In this document: positions 8,405 through 20,597 of the stretch, piece after piece
How the letters are laid out: every line of letters begins with the position of its first letter
How positions within the stretch are numbered: the first letter of the stretch is position 1
Assembly (NCBI GenBank): GCA_965649765.1
Contig: OZ287749.1
Span: 38,254,001-38,318,000, forward strand
Reading direction: 5' to 3'
DNA from: Bispira polyomma
Taxonomy: Eukaryota
DNA length: 64,000 bases
The notes under the pieces: generated by a model
The model's database searches: none
Told to the model about the DNA's origin: nothing
Seen by the model: only the letters and a program-made list of their open reading frames with translations
Translations under genes and position numbers: made by a program

Positions 8405-9264
8405 TGTTACATTTATGTTACATTTTAACACTAAAATGTTGGGTCAAAGATCGTATAGTAGTTCCCAAACCAAGTTTATTCTAAATACATGAAAACAACA
8501 ACAATATACTATAACAAAAATAATATTTAAACACCCTAAATATCTGACGCCAGAACTATTAACGGTAATAATATTCCACAAGATGTAAACAAAACAAATG
8601 GTAAGTCAATTCAAAGTTCACAGTTGAACAACAGTTAATTTGCTGTAACTCTACACCAGCAAATAAGGTACGTATCCAGCCTGTATAGCAGTATGGTAAT
8701 TCTCCTTGAATGTAATGTACATATAATAGTTCACCAGCATGTAGGAAATCAGAGTAGTCAAAGGTAACCAGTAGCGACCTCATTATACTAGGATCACATC
8801 AGTAAGACTTGGGTAGGTATAACCTCATGTAGCCCAGTTCACTACCAGCTATAGGGTGATGCTCACTATAGTCTACAAATAAAGGACTAAACTACTGAAC
8901 ATTGGGCTTGGAAATAAACTAAAGTAGTTCTCAACTGAGTATACATTAAAGCATGATAATAACAACCTACATCTATACAATAAGAAATAAACTACACATT
9001 AAACTAAAGAATCCTAATGCACAAATTATATAAAGTAATATTTACTCACATTATACACCCCAGTACAAAATAACCCAACTTGCTCCACCTTGTCCTTTTA
9101 ACATGTGAGAAAGATTATACAAAGACAGAAGCCTAAATACCATAACAGGCAATATTCACATATTGAAAATCACACACACACAATCTGTGTTCTAACCATA
9201 GTATTTTCGTATTTAATTTACACTCAAATAACCTAACCATAATATTTACACTCAATACACAACA
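8405..9264 (-). repeat. LTR copy
   Basis: Copy of 2088-2947 at +6317. Confidence 0.75.
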
Positions 9265-9357
9265 TACTTCCACCCTAAGACCATACTTGCTATTGTTACA
9301 AAAATAACCGCCAACAACCTCACCCACAAACTACTGTTCAGCAATCTTAAAAATAAA

Positions 9358-12300
9358 TTACGCTCTGCTCAGATAGTCAGCAGCAACATTTTCTGAACTC
9401 CTTATAGCTCTAATCTTGAAACTAAATGATTGTAAGAACAATGCCCAACGCATAATGCGGCTATTATCCATTTTTGACCTCTTAATGTAAATGAGGGGCT
9501 GATGATCAGTCTCAACTAAGAATTCTTTCCCATACAAATATGGAGCAAATTTCTTGATTGCCCAAACTAGTGATAAGCATTCTTTCTCTATTACAGCATA
9601 GTGCTTTTGAGTATCAGACAGCTTTTTACTAGCATATTCTACAGGAAACTTGCCATCATCACCTTCCTGCATCAATACCGCTCCTATACCATATTCAGAG
9701 GCATCACTCTGCACAATAAATGGTTTCGCAAAATCTGGTAATCTTAGAATTGGTCTCTTTGCTAGAAGTTCTTTCAAAGCCTGAAAAGCTTTATCTTGAG
9801 GTTCCTGCCACAGTACTTTGTTAGGTTGACCTTTCTTAGTGAGATCCGATAATGGTGCAGAGATAGCACTGAAGTTGGGAATATACTTCGAGTAGTAACC
9901 AATAAAACCAAGGAAACTTCGCACCTGCTTCTTGGTCACAGGTATAGGCACTGACAAAATATTCAAAACCTTTTCTTCGTCCGGTTTCATAGAACCATCA
10001 CCAACATGATTCCCTAAAAAATTGAGGTTTTTGAAACCTATTTGACACTTTGACGGCTTTACGGTTAAGTGCGCATTTCTGAGTCGCTGGAAGAGTTTCC
10101 TCAATTCACTCAAATGCTGGTCCCACAAAGGCGTGTGACATAGAATATCATCTACAAAACTGTCACAGAAATACAGATCTTTCAATAACTTCCGCACCAT
10201 CTTGTTGAAGGTTGCCGTAGCATTTACCAAGCCAAAAGGCATCTTGAGAAAGCGAAAGCTTCCCTGAGGAGTGAGAAAGCACGTCTTATCTTGACTACCT
10301 TCTTCCATTGGTATTTGCCAGTATCCCTTTGTCATGTCAAACTTACTGAAGAATACATCCCCTGACAATTTTGAATATATGTCATTAGCCGTCATCATTG
10401 GCTCTGTTGAAAATACAGTTTGTAGGTTAAGATTCCGATAATCTGCACAGAAGCGAATTTTCCCGTCCTTTTTCTTCACCAGCACAATAGGTGATGCGTA
10501 AGGTGAGTCACAACTACCGATCACACCCAACTTCAGCATAGTCTCAACTTCTTCATCAACGACCTTCCGGAGATGATAAGGTATGGGATATGGCCTCTTC
10601 CTGACAGGCTCATCAGTATTCAACACAATTTTGTGCTCTACTAAATCCGTAGTGCCTGGCAAATCAGAAAATATATCTTGGTACTCTTTGAGTAACTGTT
10701 GGACTTCTTGCTTTTGATTTTCTGTTAGTGTAGGACTAATGGTCACATCTTTGTAAGATTCATTCTGAAGATACGGAAATAAATCAATTAAGTTTTCTTG
10801 CGTCTCTTCTTGTTCCTCCTCAATCAAAGATACAGCCACCATGTCCAATGGTGCACCACCAACAGGCAAGTCACTTCTCACATCACTTTCACGTCGTTCG
10901 AGGTAATGCTTCAACATGTTAGCGTGAATAACTTTCACCTTCCCTTTCATGCTGACAGAGTAGTCATTCACACCCTTAACATCCATGACCTCATACGGAC
11001 CTTTCCAAGACATCAACAGTTTATTGGCTACAGTAGGCAGTAATACCAGAACCTTATCACCAACTTGGAATTTCCTCGGTTTGGTCTTCTTATCATACCA
11101 TATCTTCGATTTTGCTTGATTCTTTCTCAACTCTTCTTGGGCCAACTTACAAGTATCTTCCAATTTATTTCTCAAATCAATAACATACTCATAGGTTGTC
11201 TTGACTTCATCTGGGGTTCCTTCCTTTGTCCACAACTCATGAAGTATCTGCATAGGTCCACGGACAGTTCTTCCATAGAGCAACTCAAATGGTGAAAATC
11301 CTAGGCTAGCTTGAGGAGTCTCTCTATAGGCAAATAAAACTGCCGGAATGTACCGGTCCCAGTCTTTAGGTTTCTCCTGACATAACCTTCTCAGCATTGA
11401 CTTCAGTACAAGGTGGAATTTCTCAACAAGCCCATTGCACATGGGGTGGTACGGTGTAGTAACCAGCCGGTTGATACTCAGCAACCGTGAGACCTCAGAC
11501 ATCACACTGCTCAGGAACTGAGAACCTTGGTCACTCAAAACTTCTGATGGCACACCTACTCTTGTAAATATGTTGACCAATGCCTCGGCAACAGCTTCAG
11601 AATCTATGCGTTTCAATGGAACAACCTCTGGATACCTGGTGGCATAGTCCATCAAAGTTAACATATAACGGTAGCCCCTATCTGAAACTGGATTAATGGG
11701 TCCAACCAAGTCAATCGCTACCCTTTTGAAGGGCGTGTCAATTATGGGCATGTTTTGCAATGGAACTTTTGGCAGTCTTCCCTTCTGTGAAGTCCTCTGG
11801 CATATGTCACACGAATTACTGAATCTGCTGACATCATTTTGAAGGCCTGGCCAGTAAAAATTCTGCAAAATCTTGTCCGTTGTCTTTCGTATGCCCAAAT
11901 GTCCTCCAAGTAAAGCTTCATGCGCAAGCTTTAGTACTTTTGTTCTAAGTATCTTTGGAACCATCAATTGCTTCACCACGGAGCTGTTGACATCAGACAA
12001 AAACCTTCGGTAAAGTAGTCGAGACTTCACTTCAAACCAGGTCACATTGTTGCCTCTAACACATGACTTCTGCCCACTCTTGGCTAACTCCCAATAACGC
12101 TCAAGGCTGCTATCAGACATCTGGGCCTCAATCAGGTAGTCAACTGTGATGCTTGCATCCAATGGGGTCATGGTATGTAATCTCTTTTTATCTGAAACTG
12201 GATTAATGGGTCCAACCAAGTCAATCGCTACCCTTTTGAAGGGCGTGTCAATTATGGGCATGTTTTGCAATGGAACTTTTGGCAGTCTTCCCTTCTGTGA

Positions 12301-14280
12301 AGTCCTCTGGCATATGTCACACGAATTACTGAATCTGCTGACATCATTTTGAAGGCCTGGCCAGTAAAAATTCTGCAAAATCTTGTCCGTTGTCTTTCGT
12401 ATGCCCAAATGTCCTCCAAGTAAAGCTTCATGCGCAAGCTTTAGTACTTTTGTTCTAAGTATCTTTGGAACCATCAATTGCTTCACCACGGAGCTGTTGA
12501 CATCAGACAAAAACCTTCGGTAAAGTAGTCGAGACTTCACTTCAAACCAGGTCACATTGTTGCCTCTAACACATGACTTCTGCCCACTCTTGGCTAACTC
12601 CCAATAACGCTCAAGGCTGCTATCAGACATCTGGGCCTCAATCAGGTAGTCAACTGTGATGCTTGCATCCAATGGGGTCATGGTATGTAATCTCTTTTGA
12701 GGTCTGTCCCTTTTAGCTGCCTGACTTCGTGTTTGCACTGCATTCACACTTTGGGAATTCTGTTGCGGATCACTTGAAATAACCAGTTGAATATCTTTTC
12801 CAGAAGACATCTTCCAGTCTGGATCAGGACTCCCTGGTGACCTCACTCCAGTAATATTTCCCAGCACAAGTGGACAGACAGGATTGTTCATGCACATCGC
12901 TTCGACAGTCCCAACAAAATATGGAGTATCAATTTCAATGGTAGCAGAGGACACTCTCTTACCTGTCCCATCCACTAATATACACAGGTGCTTCTTGCCC
13001 GTCAGCTGTTCAGGCTCCACCAAGCTTTGCTTTACCACCACACCAGTACAGCCTGTATCTCTTAAGACATCAACAACATGGGATCCTACTTTTCCTTTTA
13101 CCACAGGCATGTTCTTCAGAATACCCTTCTGTTTCTCATGTTGATCACATGCCCCACTCACAATAGGAATCTTCTTTCCACATGCCAACTTGATGTTGTC
13201 CTGACTGACACAAGCATGCTCACAAGTATGTACAGCACAAGCAGAAGAACCTTCTACACCTTTATCTTTGACCTGAGTCTTTACCGTTTCCTTCATATCT
13301 TCAGTAATCGCAGAGGCAATGGTCTTTACCCATGCTTTAGCTTTCAAATGGCAGTCTTTAGCGATATGTCCCATTTTTCCACATTTAAAGCACTTCTTGC
13401 CAAAACTACTACCTTGCCTTTTGTTGTCCACTGAAACAGATTTACTAACAGGTGGTTTGGATGTCTGTAAATCAGGATGGGCCGCTAGGTACATCTCTGC
13501 CAGTTCCGCCATCTCTGATGCAGTTGTTGGGTTCCTTTCCTTAAGAAAAATAGCAAGACTTTTGCTACTGGCATTAAGAAACTGTTCCCTCACTAATAAG
13601 TCTTCAATTCCGTCAAAAGACTTCTCAGTATTGCTCAGTTCCACCCAACGTTTTAAATAATTACGGAGTCTCTCCATGAACTGACCTGAGCTCTCACCAG
13701 GTGTAATTGTACCAGAACGAAACTTGACCCTGAAGCCCTCATCGTTCAGTTGGTATCTCTTGAGCAAAGCCGTCTTCAGTTTGTCATAATCATTTGCCTC
13801 CTCGTTACTGAGTCTTGAATACACTTCCAAGGCCTTACCAGTTAACAACGCACTAAGATTGATGGACCAACTTTCCTCAGGCCACTTCTGACTTGCAGCG
13901 AAACGTTCAAAACGAAGCAAGTAAGCGTCCATATCAGACTTCCCATCTTCAAAAACAGGCAACTTTGGAGTATGCGACTTCGTATAATTCACGCTTGAAA
14001 AGGTACTTTGCTCAGCCCTGATTGAAACATCTGCAGCTCTAATCTCCAGTTCTTTCACATCTCTTTCCATCTGTAACCTCTCTCTATCACTTTGCTGTTG
14101 CAACTCGACCATATCTCTGTCATGTGCTCTTTTAAGTCGTCTCTCCTCTCTTTCTCTGTCTTGCACCTCCCTTTCTCTTGCCTGCTCTCCAGCCTGCTCC
14201 TCTCTGACAAACTCTCTCAGTTCCAACCCTTCATAACCCAACTCCTTCCCGAGTTTAATTAAGCGCTCTAGCTGATCCAT
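9358..14280 (-). CDS. Gag-Pol polyprotein copy (E528Q variant)
   Basis: Same 1640-aa ORF; reads RDRPQK instead of RDRPEK owing to C>G at 12699. Confidence 0.97.
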   Translation of the reverse strand: MDQLERLIKLGKELGYEGLELREFVREEQAGEQAREREVQDREREERRLKRAHDRDMVELQQQSDRERLQMERDVKELEIRAADVSIRAEQSTFSSVNYTKSHTPKLPVFEDGKSDMDAYLLRFERFAASQKWPEESWSINLSALLTGKALEVYSRLSNEEANDYDKLKTALLKRYQLNDEGFRVKFRSGTITPGESSGQFMERLRNYLKRWVELSNTEKSFDGIEDLLVREQFLNASSKSLAIFLKERNPTTASEMAELAEMYLAAHPDLQTSKPPVSKSVSVDNKRQGSSFGKKCFKCGKMGHIAKDCHLKAKAWVKTIASAITEDMKETVKTQVKDKGVEGSSACAVHTCEHACVSQDNIKLACGKKIPIVSGACDQHEKQKGILKNMPVVKGKVGSHVVDVLRDTGCTGVVVKQSLVEPEQLTGKKHLCILVDGTGKRVSSATIEIDTPYFVGTVEAMCMNNPVCPLVLGNITGVRSPGSPDPDWKMSSGKDIQLVISSDPQQNSQSVNAVQTRSQAAKRDRPQKRLHTMTPLDASITVDYLIEAQMSDSSLERYWELAKSGQKSCVRGNNVTWFEVKSRLLYRRFLSDVNSSVVKQLMVPKILRTKVLKLAHEALLGGHLGIRKTTDKILQNFYWPGLQNDVSRFSNSCDICQRTSQKGRLPKVPLQNMPIIDTPFKRVAIDLVGPINPVSDKKRLHTMTPLDASITVDYLIEAQMSDSSLERYWELAKSGQKSCVRGNNVTWFEVKSRLLYRRFLSDVNSSVVKQLMVPKILRTKVLKLAHEALLGGHLGIRKTTDKILQNFYWPGLQNDVSRFSNSCDICQRTSQKGRLPKVPLQNMPIIDTPFKRVAIDLVGPINPVSDRGYRYMLTLMDYATRYPEVVPLKRIDSEAVAEALVNIFTRVGVPSEVLSDQGSQFLSSVMSEVSRLLSINRLVTTPYHPMCNGLVEKFHLVLKSMLRRLCQEKPKDWDRYIPAVLFAYRETPQASLGFSPFELLYGRTVRGPMQILHELWTKEGTPDEVKTTYEYVIDLRNKLEDTCKLAQEELRKNQAKSKIWYDKKTKPRKFQVGDKVLVLLPTVANKLLMSWKGPYEVMDVKGVNDYSVSMKGKVKVIHANMLKHYLERRESDVRSDLPVGGAPLDMVAVSLIEEEQEETQENLIDLFPYLQNESYKDVTISPTLTENQKQEVQQLLKEYQDIFSDLPGTTDLVEHKIVLNTDEPVRKRPYPIPYHLRKVVDEEVETMLKLGVIGSCDSPYASPIVLVKKKDGKIRFCADYRNLNLQTVFSTEPMMTANDIYSKLSGDVFFSKFDMTKGYWQIPMEEGSQDKTCFLTPQGSFRFLKMPFGLVNATATFNKMVRKLLKDLYFCDSFVDDILCHTPLWDQHLSELRKLFQRLRNAHLTVKPSKCQIGFKNLNFLGNHVGDGSMKPDEEKVLNILSVPIPVTKKQVRSFLGFIGYYSKYIPNFSAISAPLSDLTKKGQPNKVLWQEPQDKAFQALKELLAKRPILRLPDFAKPFIVQSDASEYGIGAVLMQEGDDGKFPVEYASKKLSDTQKHYAVIEKECLSLVWAIKKFAPYLYGKEFLVETDHQPLIYIKRSKMDNSRIMRWALFLQSFSFKIRAIRSSENVAADYLSRA

Positions 14281-14721
14281 GTCACTATGGTTACCTTACA
14301 CACTACTACTACTGGGGTACAACTTCTGGACAAGGCACACAAGGCCAACCGTAACACTTTTGATCACTTACACACACTGTATGACTACAGCCACAGAACA
14401 CTTGACTTGGGAATCCACCCAAAATAATGAGAATCCACTCAAATATGTGTGATGAGAATCCACTCTATCACAATCCTAATACTGAGAATCCACTCAGTTA
14501 TTTACCTGAACACTTGTTCACAACGTAATAACCTTAAGTTGAGTATCCACGCACCCACCCAAATAGTATGAAATCCAACACAACTGTTCCCGGAAATAAT
14601 ACTATGTACCCCCCTAAGCTGATATACATATAATACATGCAACTACCTTACCCTGCCACACCTAGTATATACTTCTATGTTACATGTCACTAAATTTGGG
14701 ATATCCTGGTCATGGCACCAA

Positions 14722-15581
14722 TGTTACATTTATGTTACATTTTAACACTAAAATGTTGGGTCAAAGATCGTATAGTAGTTCCCAAACCAAGTTTATTCTA
14801 AATACATGAAAACAACAACAATATACTATAACAAAAATAATATTTAAACACCCTAAATATCTGACGCCAGAACTATTAACGGTAATAATATTCCACAAGA
14901 TGTAAACAAAACAAATGGTAAGTCAATTCAAAGTTCACAGTTGAACAACAGTTAATTTGCTGTAACTCTACACCAGCAAATAAGGTACGTATCCAGCCTG
15001 TATAGCAGTATGGTAATTCTCCTTGAATGTAATGTACATATAATAGTTCACCAGCATGTAGGAAATCAGAGTAGTCAAAGGTAACCAGTAGCGACCTCAT
15101 TATACTAGGATCACATCAGTAAGACTTGGGTAGGTATAACCTCATGTAGCCCAGTTCACTACCAGCTATAGGGTGATGCTCACTATAGTCTACAAATAAA
15201 GGACTAAACTACTGAACATTGGGCTTGGAAATAAACTAAAGTAGTTCTCAACTGAGTATACATTAAAGCATGATAATAACAACCTACATCTATACAATAA
15301 GAAATAAACTACACATTAAACTAAAGAATCCTAATGCACAAATTATATAAAGTAATATTTACTCACATTATACACCCCAGTACAAAATAACCCAACTTGC
15401 TCCACCTTGTCCTTTTAACATGTGAGAAAGATTATACAAAGACAGAAGCCTAAATACCATAACAGGCAATATTCACATATTGAAAATCACACACACACAA
15501 TCTGTGTTCTAACCATAGTATTTTCGTATTTAATTTACACTCAAATAACCTAACCATAATATTTACACTCAATACACAACA
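14722..15581 (-). repeat. LTR copy
   Basis: Copy of 2088-2947. Confidence 0.75.
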
Positions 15582-15674
15582 TACTTCCACCCTAAGACCA
15601 TACTTGCTATTGTTACAAAAATAACCGCCAACAACCTCACCCACAAACTACTGTTCAGCAATCTTAAAAATAAA

Positions 15675-18600
15675 TTACGCTCTGCTCAGATAGTCAGCAG
15701 CAACATTTTCTGAACTCCTTATAGCTCTAATCTTGAAACTAAATGATTGTAAGAACAATGCCCAACGCATAATGCGGCTATTATCCATTTTTGACCTCTT
15801 AATGTAAATGAGGGGCTGATGATCAGTCTCAACTAAGAATTCTTTCCCATACAAATATGGAGCAAATTTCTTGATTGCCCAAACTAGTGATAAGCATTCT
15901 TTCTCTATTACAGCATAGTGCTTTTGAGTATCAGACAGCTTTTTACTAGCATATTCTACAGGAAACTTGCCATCATCACCTTCCTGCATCAATACCGCTC
16001 CTATACCATATTCAGAGGCATCACTCTGCACAATAAATGGTTTCGCAAAATCTGGTAATCTTAGAATTGGTCTCTTTGCTAGAAGTTCTTTCAAAGCCTG
16101 AAAAGCTTTATCTTGAGGTTCCTGCCACAGTACTTTGTTAGGTTGACCTTTCTTAGTGAGATCCGATAATGGTGCAGAGATAGCACTGAAGTTGGGAATA
16201 TACTTCGAGTAGTAACCAATAAAACCAAGGAAACTTCGCACCTGCTTCTTGGTCACAGGTATAGGCACTGACAAAATATTCAAAACCTTTTCTTCGTCCG
16301 GTTTCATAGAACCATCACCAACATGATTCCCTAAAAAATTGAGGTTTTTGAAACCTATTTGACACTTTGACGGCTTTACGGTTAAGTGCGCATTTCTGAG
16401 TCGCTGGAAGAGTTTCCTCAATTCACTCAAATGCTGGTCCCACAAAGGCGTGTGACATAGAATATCATCTACAAAACTGTCACAGAAATACAGATCTTTC
16501 AATAACTTCCGCACCATCTTGTTGAAGGTTGCCGTAGCATTTACCAAGCCAAAAGGCATCTTGAGAAAGCGAAAGCTTCCCTGAGGAGTGAGAAAGCACG
16601 TCTTATCTTGACTACCTTCTTCCATTGGTATTTGCCAGTATCCCTTTGTCATGTCAAACTTACTGAAGAATACATCCCCTGACAATTTTGAATATATGTC
16701 ATTAGCCGTCATCATTGGCTCTGTTGAAAATACAGTTTGTAGGTTAAGATTCCGATAATCTGCACAGAAGCGAATTTTCCCGTCCTTTTTCTTCACCAGC
16801 ACAATAGGTGATGCGTAAGGTGAGTCACAACTACCGATCACACCCAACTTCAGCATAGTCTCAACTTCTTCATCAACGACCTTCCGGAGATGATAAGGTA
16901 TGGGATATGGCCTCTTCCTGACAGGCTCATCAGTATTCAACACAATTTTGTGCTCTACTAAATCCGTAGTGCCTGGCAAATCAGAAAATATATCTTGGTA
17001 CTCTTTGAGTAACTGTTGGACTTCTTGCTTTTGATTTTCTGTTAGTGTAGGACTAATGGTCACATCTTTGTAAGATTCATTCTGAAGATACGGAAATAAA
17101 TCAATTAAGTTTTCTTGCGTCTCTTCTTGTTCCTCCTCAATCAAAGATACAGCCACCATGTCCAATGGTGCACCACCAACAGGCAAGTCACTTCTCACAT
17201 CACTTTCACGTCGTTCGAGGTAATGCTTCAACATGTTAGCGTGAATAACTTTCACCTTCCCTTTCATGCTGACAGAGTAGTCATTCACACCCTTAACATC
17301 CATGACCTCATACGGACCTTTCCAAGACATCAACAGTTTATTGGCTACAGTAGGCAGTAATACCAGAACCTTATCACCAACTTGGAATTTCCTCGGTTTG
17401 GTCTTCTTATCATACCATATCTTCGATTTTGCTTGATTCTTTCTCAACTCTTCTTGGGCCAACTTACAAGTATCTTCCAATTTATTTCTCAAATCAATAA
17501 CATACTCATAGGTTGTCTTGACTTCATCTGGGGTTCCTTCCTTTGTCCACAACTCATGAAGTATCTGCATAGGTCCACGGACAGTTCTTCCATAGAGCAA
17601 CTCAAATGGTGAAAATCCTAGGCTAGCTTGAGGAGTCTCTCTATAGGCAAATAAAACTGCCGGAATGTACCGGTCCCAGTCTTTAGGTTTCTCCTGACAT
17701 AACCTTCTCAGCATTGACTTCAGTACAAGGTGGAATTTCTCAACAAGCCCATTGCACATGGGGTGGTACGGTGTAGTAACCAGCCGGTTGATACTCAGCA
17801 ACCGTGAGACCTCAGACATCACACTGCTCAGGAACTGAGAACCTTGGTCACTCAAAACTTCTGATGGCACACCTACTCTTGTAAATATGTTGACCAATGC
17901 CTCGGCAACAGCTTCAGAATCTATGCGTTTCAATGGAACAACCTCTGGATACCTGGTGGCATAGTCCATCAAAGTTAACATATAACGGTAGCCCCTATCT
18001 GAAACTGGATTAATGGGTCCAACCAAGTCAATCGCTACCCTTTTGAAGGGCGTGTCAATTATGGGCATGTTTTGCAATGGAACTTTTGGCAGTCTTCCCT
18101 TCTGTGAAGTCCTCTGGCATATGTCACACGAATTACTGAATCTGCTGACATCATTTTGAAGGCCTGGCCAGTAAAAATTCTGCAAAATCTTGTCCGTTGT
18201 CTTTCGTATGCCCAAATGTCCTCCAAGTAAAGCTTCATGCGCAAGCTTTAGTACTTTTGTTCTAAGTATCTTTGGAACCATCAATTGCTTCACCACGGAG
18301 CTGTTGACATCAGACAAAAACCTTCGGTAAAGTAGTCGAGACTTCACTTCAAACCAGGTCACATTGTTGCCTCTAACACATGACTTCTGCCCACTCTTGG
18401 CTAACTCCCAATAACGCTCAAGGCTGCTATCAGACATCTGGGCCTCAATCAGGTAGTCAACTGTGATGCTTGCATCCAATGGGGTCATGGTATGTAATCT
18501 CTTTTTATCTGAAACTGGATTAATGGGTCCAACCAAGTCAATCGCTACCCTTTTGAAGGGCGTGTCAATTATGGGCATGTTTTGCAATGGAACTTTTGGC

Positions 18601-20597
18601 AGTCTTCCCTTCTGTGAAGTCCTCTGGCATATGTCACACGAATTACTGAATCTGCTGACATCATTTTGAAGGCCTGGCCAGTAAAAATTCTGCAAAATCT
18701 TGTCCGTTGTCTTTCGTATGCCCAAATGTCCTCCAAGTAAAGCTTCATGCGCAAGCTTTAGTACTTTTGTTCTAAGTATCTTTGGAACCATCAATTGCTT
18801 CACCACGGAGCTGTTGACATCAGACAAAAACCTTCGGTAAAGTAGTCGAGACTTCACTTCAAACCAGGTCACATTGTTGCCTCTAACACATGACTTCTGC
18901 CCACTCTTGGCTAACTCCCAATAACGCTCAAGGCTGCTATCAGACATCTGGGCCTCAATCAGGTAGTCAACTGTGATGCTTGCATCCAATGGGGTCATGG
19001 TATGTAATCTCTTTTCAGGTCTGTCCCTTTTAGCTGCCTGACTTCGTGTTTGCACTGCATTCACACTTTGGGAATTCTGTTGCGGATCACTTGAAATAAC
19101 CAGTTGAATATCTTTTCCAGAAGACATCTTCCAGTCTGGATCAGGACTCCCTGGTGACCTCACTCCAGTAATATTTCCCAGCACAAGTGGACAGACAGGA
19201 TTGTTCATGCACATCGCTTCGACAGTCCCAACAAAATATGGAGTATCAATTTCAATGGTAGCAGAGGACACTCTCTTACCTGTCCCATCCACTAATATAC
19301 ACAGGTGCTTCTTGCCCGTCAGCTGTTCAGGCTCCACCAAGCTTTGCTTTACCACCACACCAGTACAGCCTGTATCTCTTAAGACATCAACAACATGGGA
19401 TCCTACTTTTCCTTTTACCACAGGCATGTTCTTCAGAATACCCTTCTGTTTCTCATGTTGATCACATGCCCCACTCACAATAGGAATCTTCTTTCCACAT
19501 GCCAACTTGATGTTGTCCTGACTGACACAAGCATGCTCACAAGTATGTACAGCACAAGCAGAAGAACCTTCTACACCTTTATCTTTGACCTGAGTCTTTA
19601 CCGTTTCCTTCATATCTTCAGTAATCGCAGAGGCAATGGTCTTTACCCATGCTTTAGCTTTCAAATGGCAGTCTTTAGCGATATGTCCCATTTTTCCACA
19701 TTTAAAGCACTTCTTGCCAAAACTACTACCTTGCCTTTTGTTGTCCACTGAAACAGATTTACTAACAGGTGGTTTGGATGTCTGTAAATCAGGATGGGCC
19801 GCTAGGTACATCTCTGCCAGTTCCGCCATCTCTGATGCAGTTGTTGGGTTCCTTTCCTTAAGAAAAATAGCAAGACTTTTGCTACTGGCATTAAGAAACT
19901 GTTCCCTCACTAATAAGTCTTCAATTCCGTCAAAAGACTTCTCAGTATTGCTCAGTTCCACCCAACGTTTTAAATAATTACGGAGTCTCTCCATGAACTG
20001 ACCTGAGCTCTCACCAGGTGTAATTGTACCAGAACGAAACTTGACCCTGAAGCCCTCATCGTTCAGTTGGTATCTCTTGAGCAAAGCCGTCTTCAGTTTG
20101 TCATAATCATTTGCCTCCTCGTTACTGAGTCTTGAATACACTTCCAAGGCCTTACCAGTTAACAACGCACTAAGATTGATGGACCAACTTTCCTCAGGCC
20201 ACTTCTGACTTGCAGCGAAACGTTCAAAACGAAGCAAGTAAGCGTCCATATCAGACTTCCCATCTTCAAAAACAGGCAACTTTGGAGTATGCGACTTCGT
20301 ATAATTCACGCTTGAAAAGGTACTTTGCTCAGCCCTGATTGAAACATCTGCAGCTCTAATCTCCAGTTCTTTCACATCTCTTTCCATCTGTAACCTCTCT
20401 CTATCACTTTGCTGTTGCAACTCGACCATATCTCTGTCATGTGCTCTTTTAAGTCGTCTCTCCTCTCTTTCTCTGTCTTGCACCTCCCTTTCTCTTGCCT
20501 GCTCTCCAGCCTGCTCCTCTCTGACAAACTCTCTCAGTTCCAACCCTTCATAACCCAACTCCTTCCCGAGTTTAATTAAGCGCTCTAGCTGATCCAT
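15675..20597 (-). CDS. Gag-Pol polyprotein copy
   Basis: 1640-aa ORF matching 3041-7963. Confidence 0.97.
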   Translation of the reverse strand: MDQLERLIKLGKELGYEGLELREFVREEQAGEQAREREVQDREREERRLKRAHDRDMVELQQQSDRERLQMERDVKELEIRAADVSIRAEQSTFSSVNYTKSHTPKLPVFEDGKSDMDAYLLRFERFAASQKWPEESWSINLSALLTGKALEVYSRLSNEEANDYDKLKTALLKRYQLNDEGFRVKFRSGTITPGESSGQFMERLRNYLKRWVELSNTEKSFDGIEDLLVREQFLNASSKSLAIFLKERNPTTASEMAELAEMYLAAHPDLQTSKPPVSKSVSVDNKRQGSSFGKKCFKCGKMGHIAKDCHLKAKAWVKTIASAITEDMKETVKTQVKDKGVEGSSACAVHTCEHACVSQDNIKLACGKKIPIVSGACDQHEKQKGILKNMPVVKGKVGSHVVDVLRDTGCTGVVVKQSLVEPEQLTGKKHLCILVDGTGKRVSSATIEIDTPYFVGTVEAMCMNNPVCPLVLGNITGVRSPGSPDPDWKMSSGKDIQLVISSDPQQNSQSVNAVQTRSQAAKRDRPEKRLHTMTPLDASITVDYLIEAQMSDSSLERYWELAKSGQKSCVRGNNVTWFEVKSRLLYRRFLSDVNSSVVKQLMVPKILRTKVLKLAHEALLGGHLGIRKTTDKILQNFYWPGLQNDVSRFSNSCDICQRTSQKGRLPKVPLQNMPIIDTPFKRVAIDLVGPINPVSDKKRLHTMTPLDASITVDYLIEAQMSDSSLERYWELAKSGQKSCVRGNNVTWFEVKSRLLYRRFLSDVNSSVVKQLMVPKILRTKVLKLAHEALLGGHLGIRKTTDKILQNFYWPGLQNDVSRFSNSCDICQRTSQKGRLPKVPLQNMPIIDTPFKRVAIDLVGPINPVSDRGYRYMLTLMDYATRYPEVVPLKRIDSEAVAEALVNIFTRVGVPSEVLSDQGSQFLSSVMSEVSRLLSINRLVTTPYHPMCNGLVEKFHLVLKSMLRRLCQEKPKDWDRYIPAVLFAYRETPQASLGFSPFELLYGRTVRGPMQILHELWTKEGTPDEVKTTYEYVIDLRNKLEDTCKLAQEELRKNQAKSKIWYDKKTKPRKFQVGDKVLVLLPTVANKLLMSWKGPYEVMDVKGVNDYSVSMKGKVKVIHANMLKHYLERRESDVRSDLPVGGAPLDMVAVSLIEEEQEETQENLIDLFPYLQNESYKDVTISPTLTENQKQEVQQLLKEYQDIFSDLPGTTDLVEHKIVLNTDEPVRKRPYPIPYHLRKVVDEEVETMLKLGVIGSCDSPYASPIVLVKKKDGKIRFCADYRNLNLQTVFSTEPMMTANDIYSKLSGDVFFSKFDMTKGYWQIPMEEGSQDKTCFLTPQGSFRFLKMPFGLVNATATFNKMVRKLLKDLYFCDSFVDDILCHTPLWDQHLSELRKLFQRLRNAHLTVKPSKCQIGFKNLNFLGNHVGDGSMKPDEEKVLNILSVPIPVTKKQVRSFLGFIGYYSKYIPNFSAISAPLSDLTKKGQPNKVLWQEPQDKAFQALKELLAKRPILRLPDFAKPFIVQSDASEYGIGAVLMQEGDDGKFPVEYASKKLSDTQKHYAVIEKECLSLVWAIKKFAPYLYGKEFLVETDHQPLIYIKRSKMDNSRIMRWALFLQSFSFKIRAIRSSENVAADYLSRA

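Larger units (their letters stand above)
2088..9264 (-). mobile_element. Representative complete element, LTR-internal-LTR (~7,177 bp); eight more overlap it at +6317 steps
   Basis: 5' LTR 8405-9264, PBS 8386-8403, ORF 7963-3041, PPT 2948-2961, 3' LTR 2088-2947. Confidence 0.85.
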
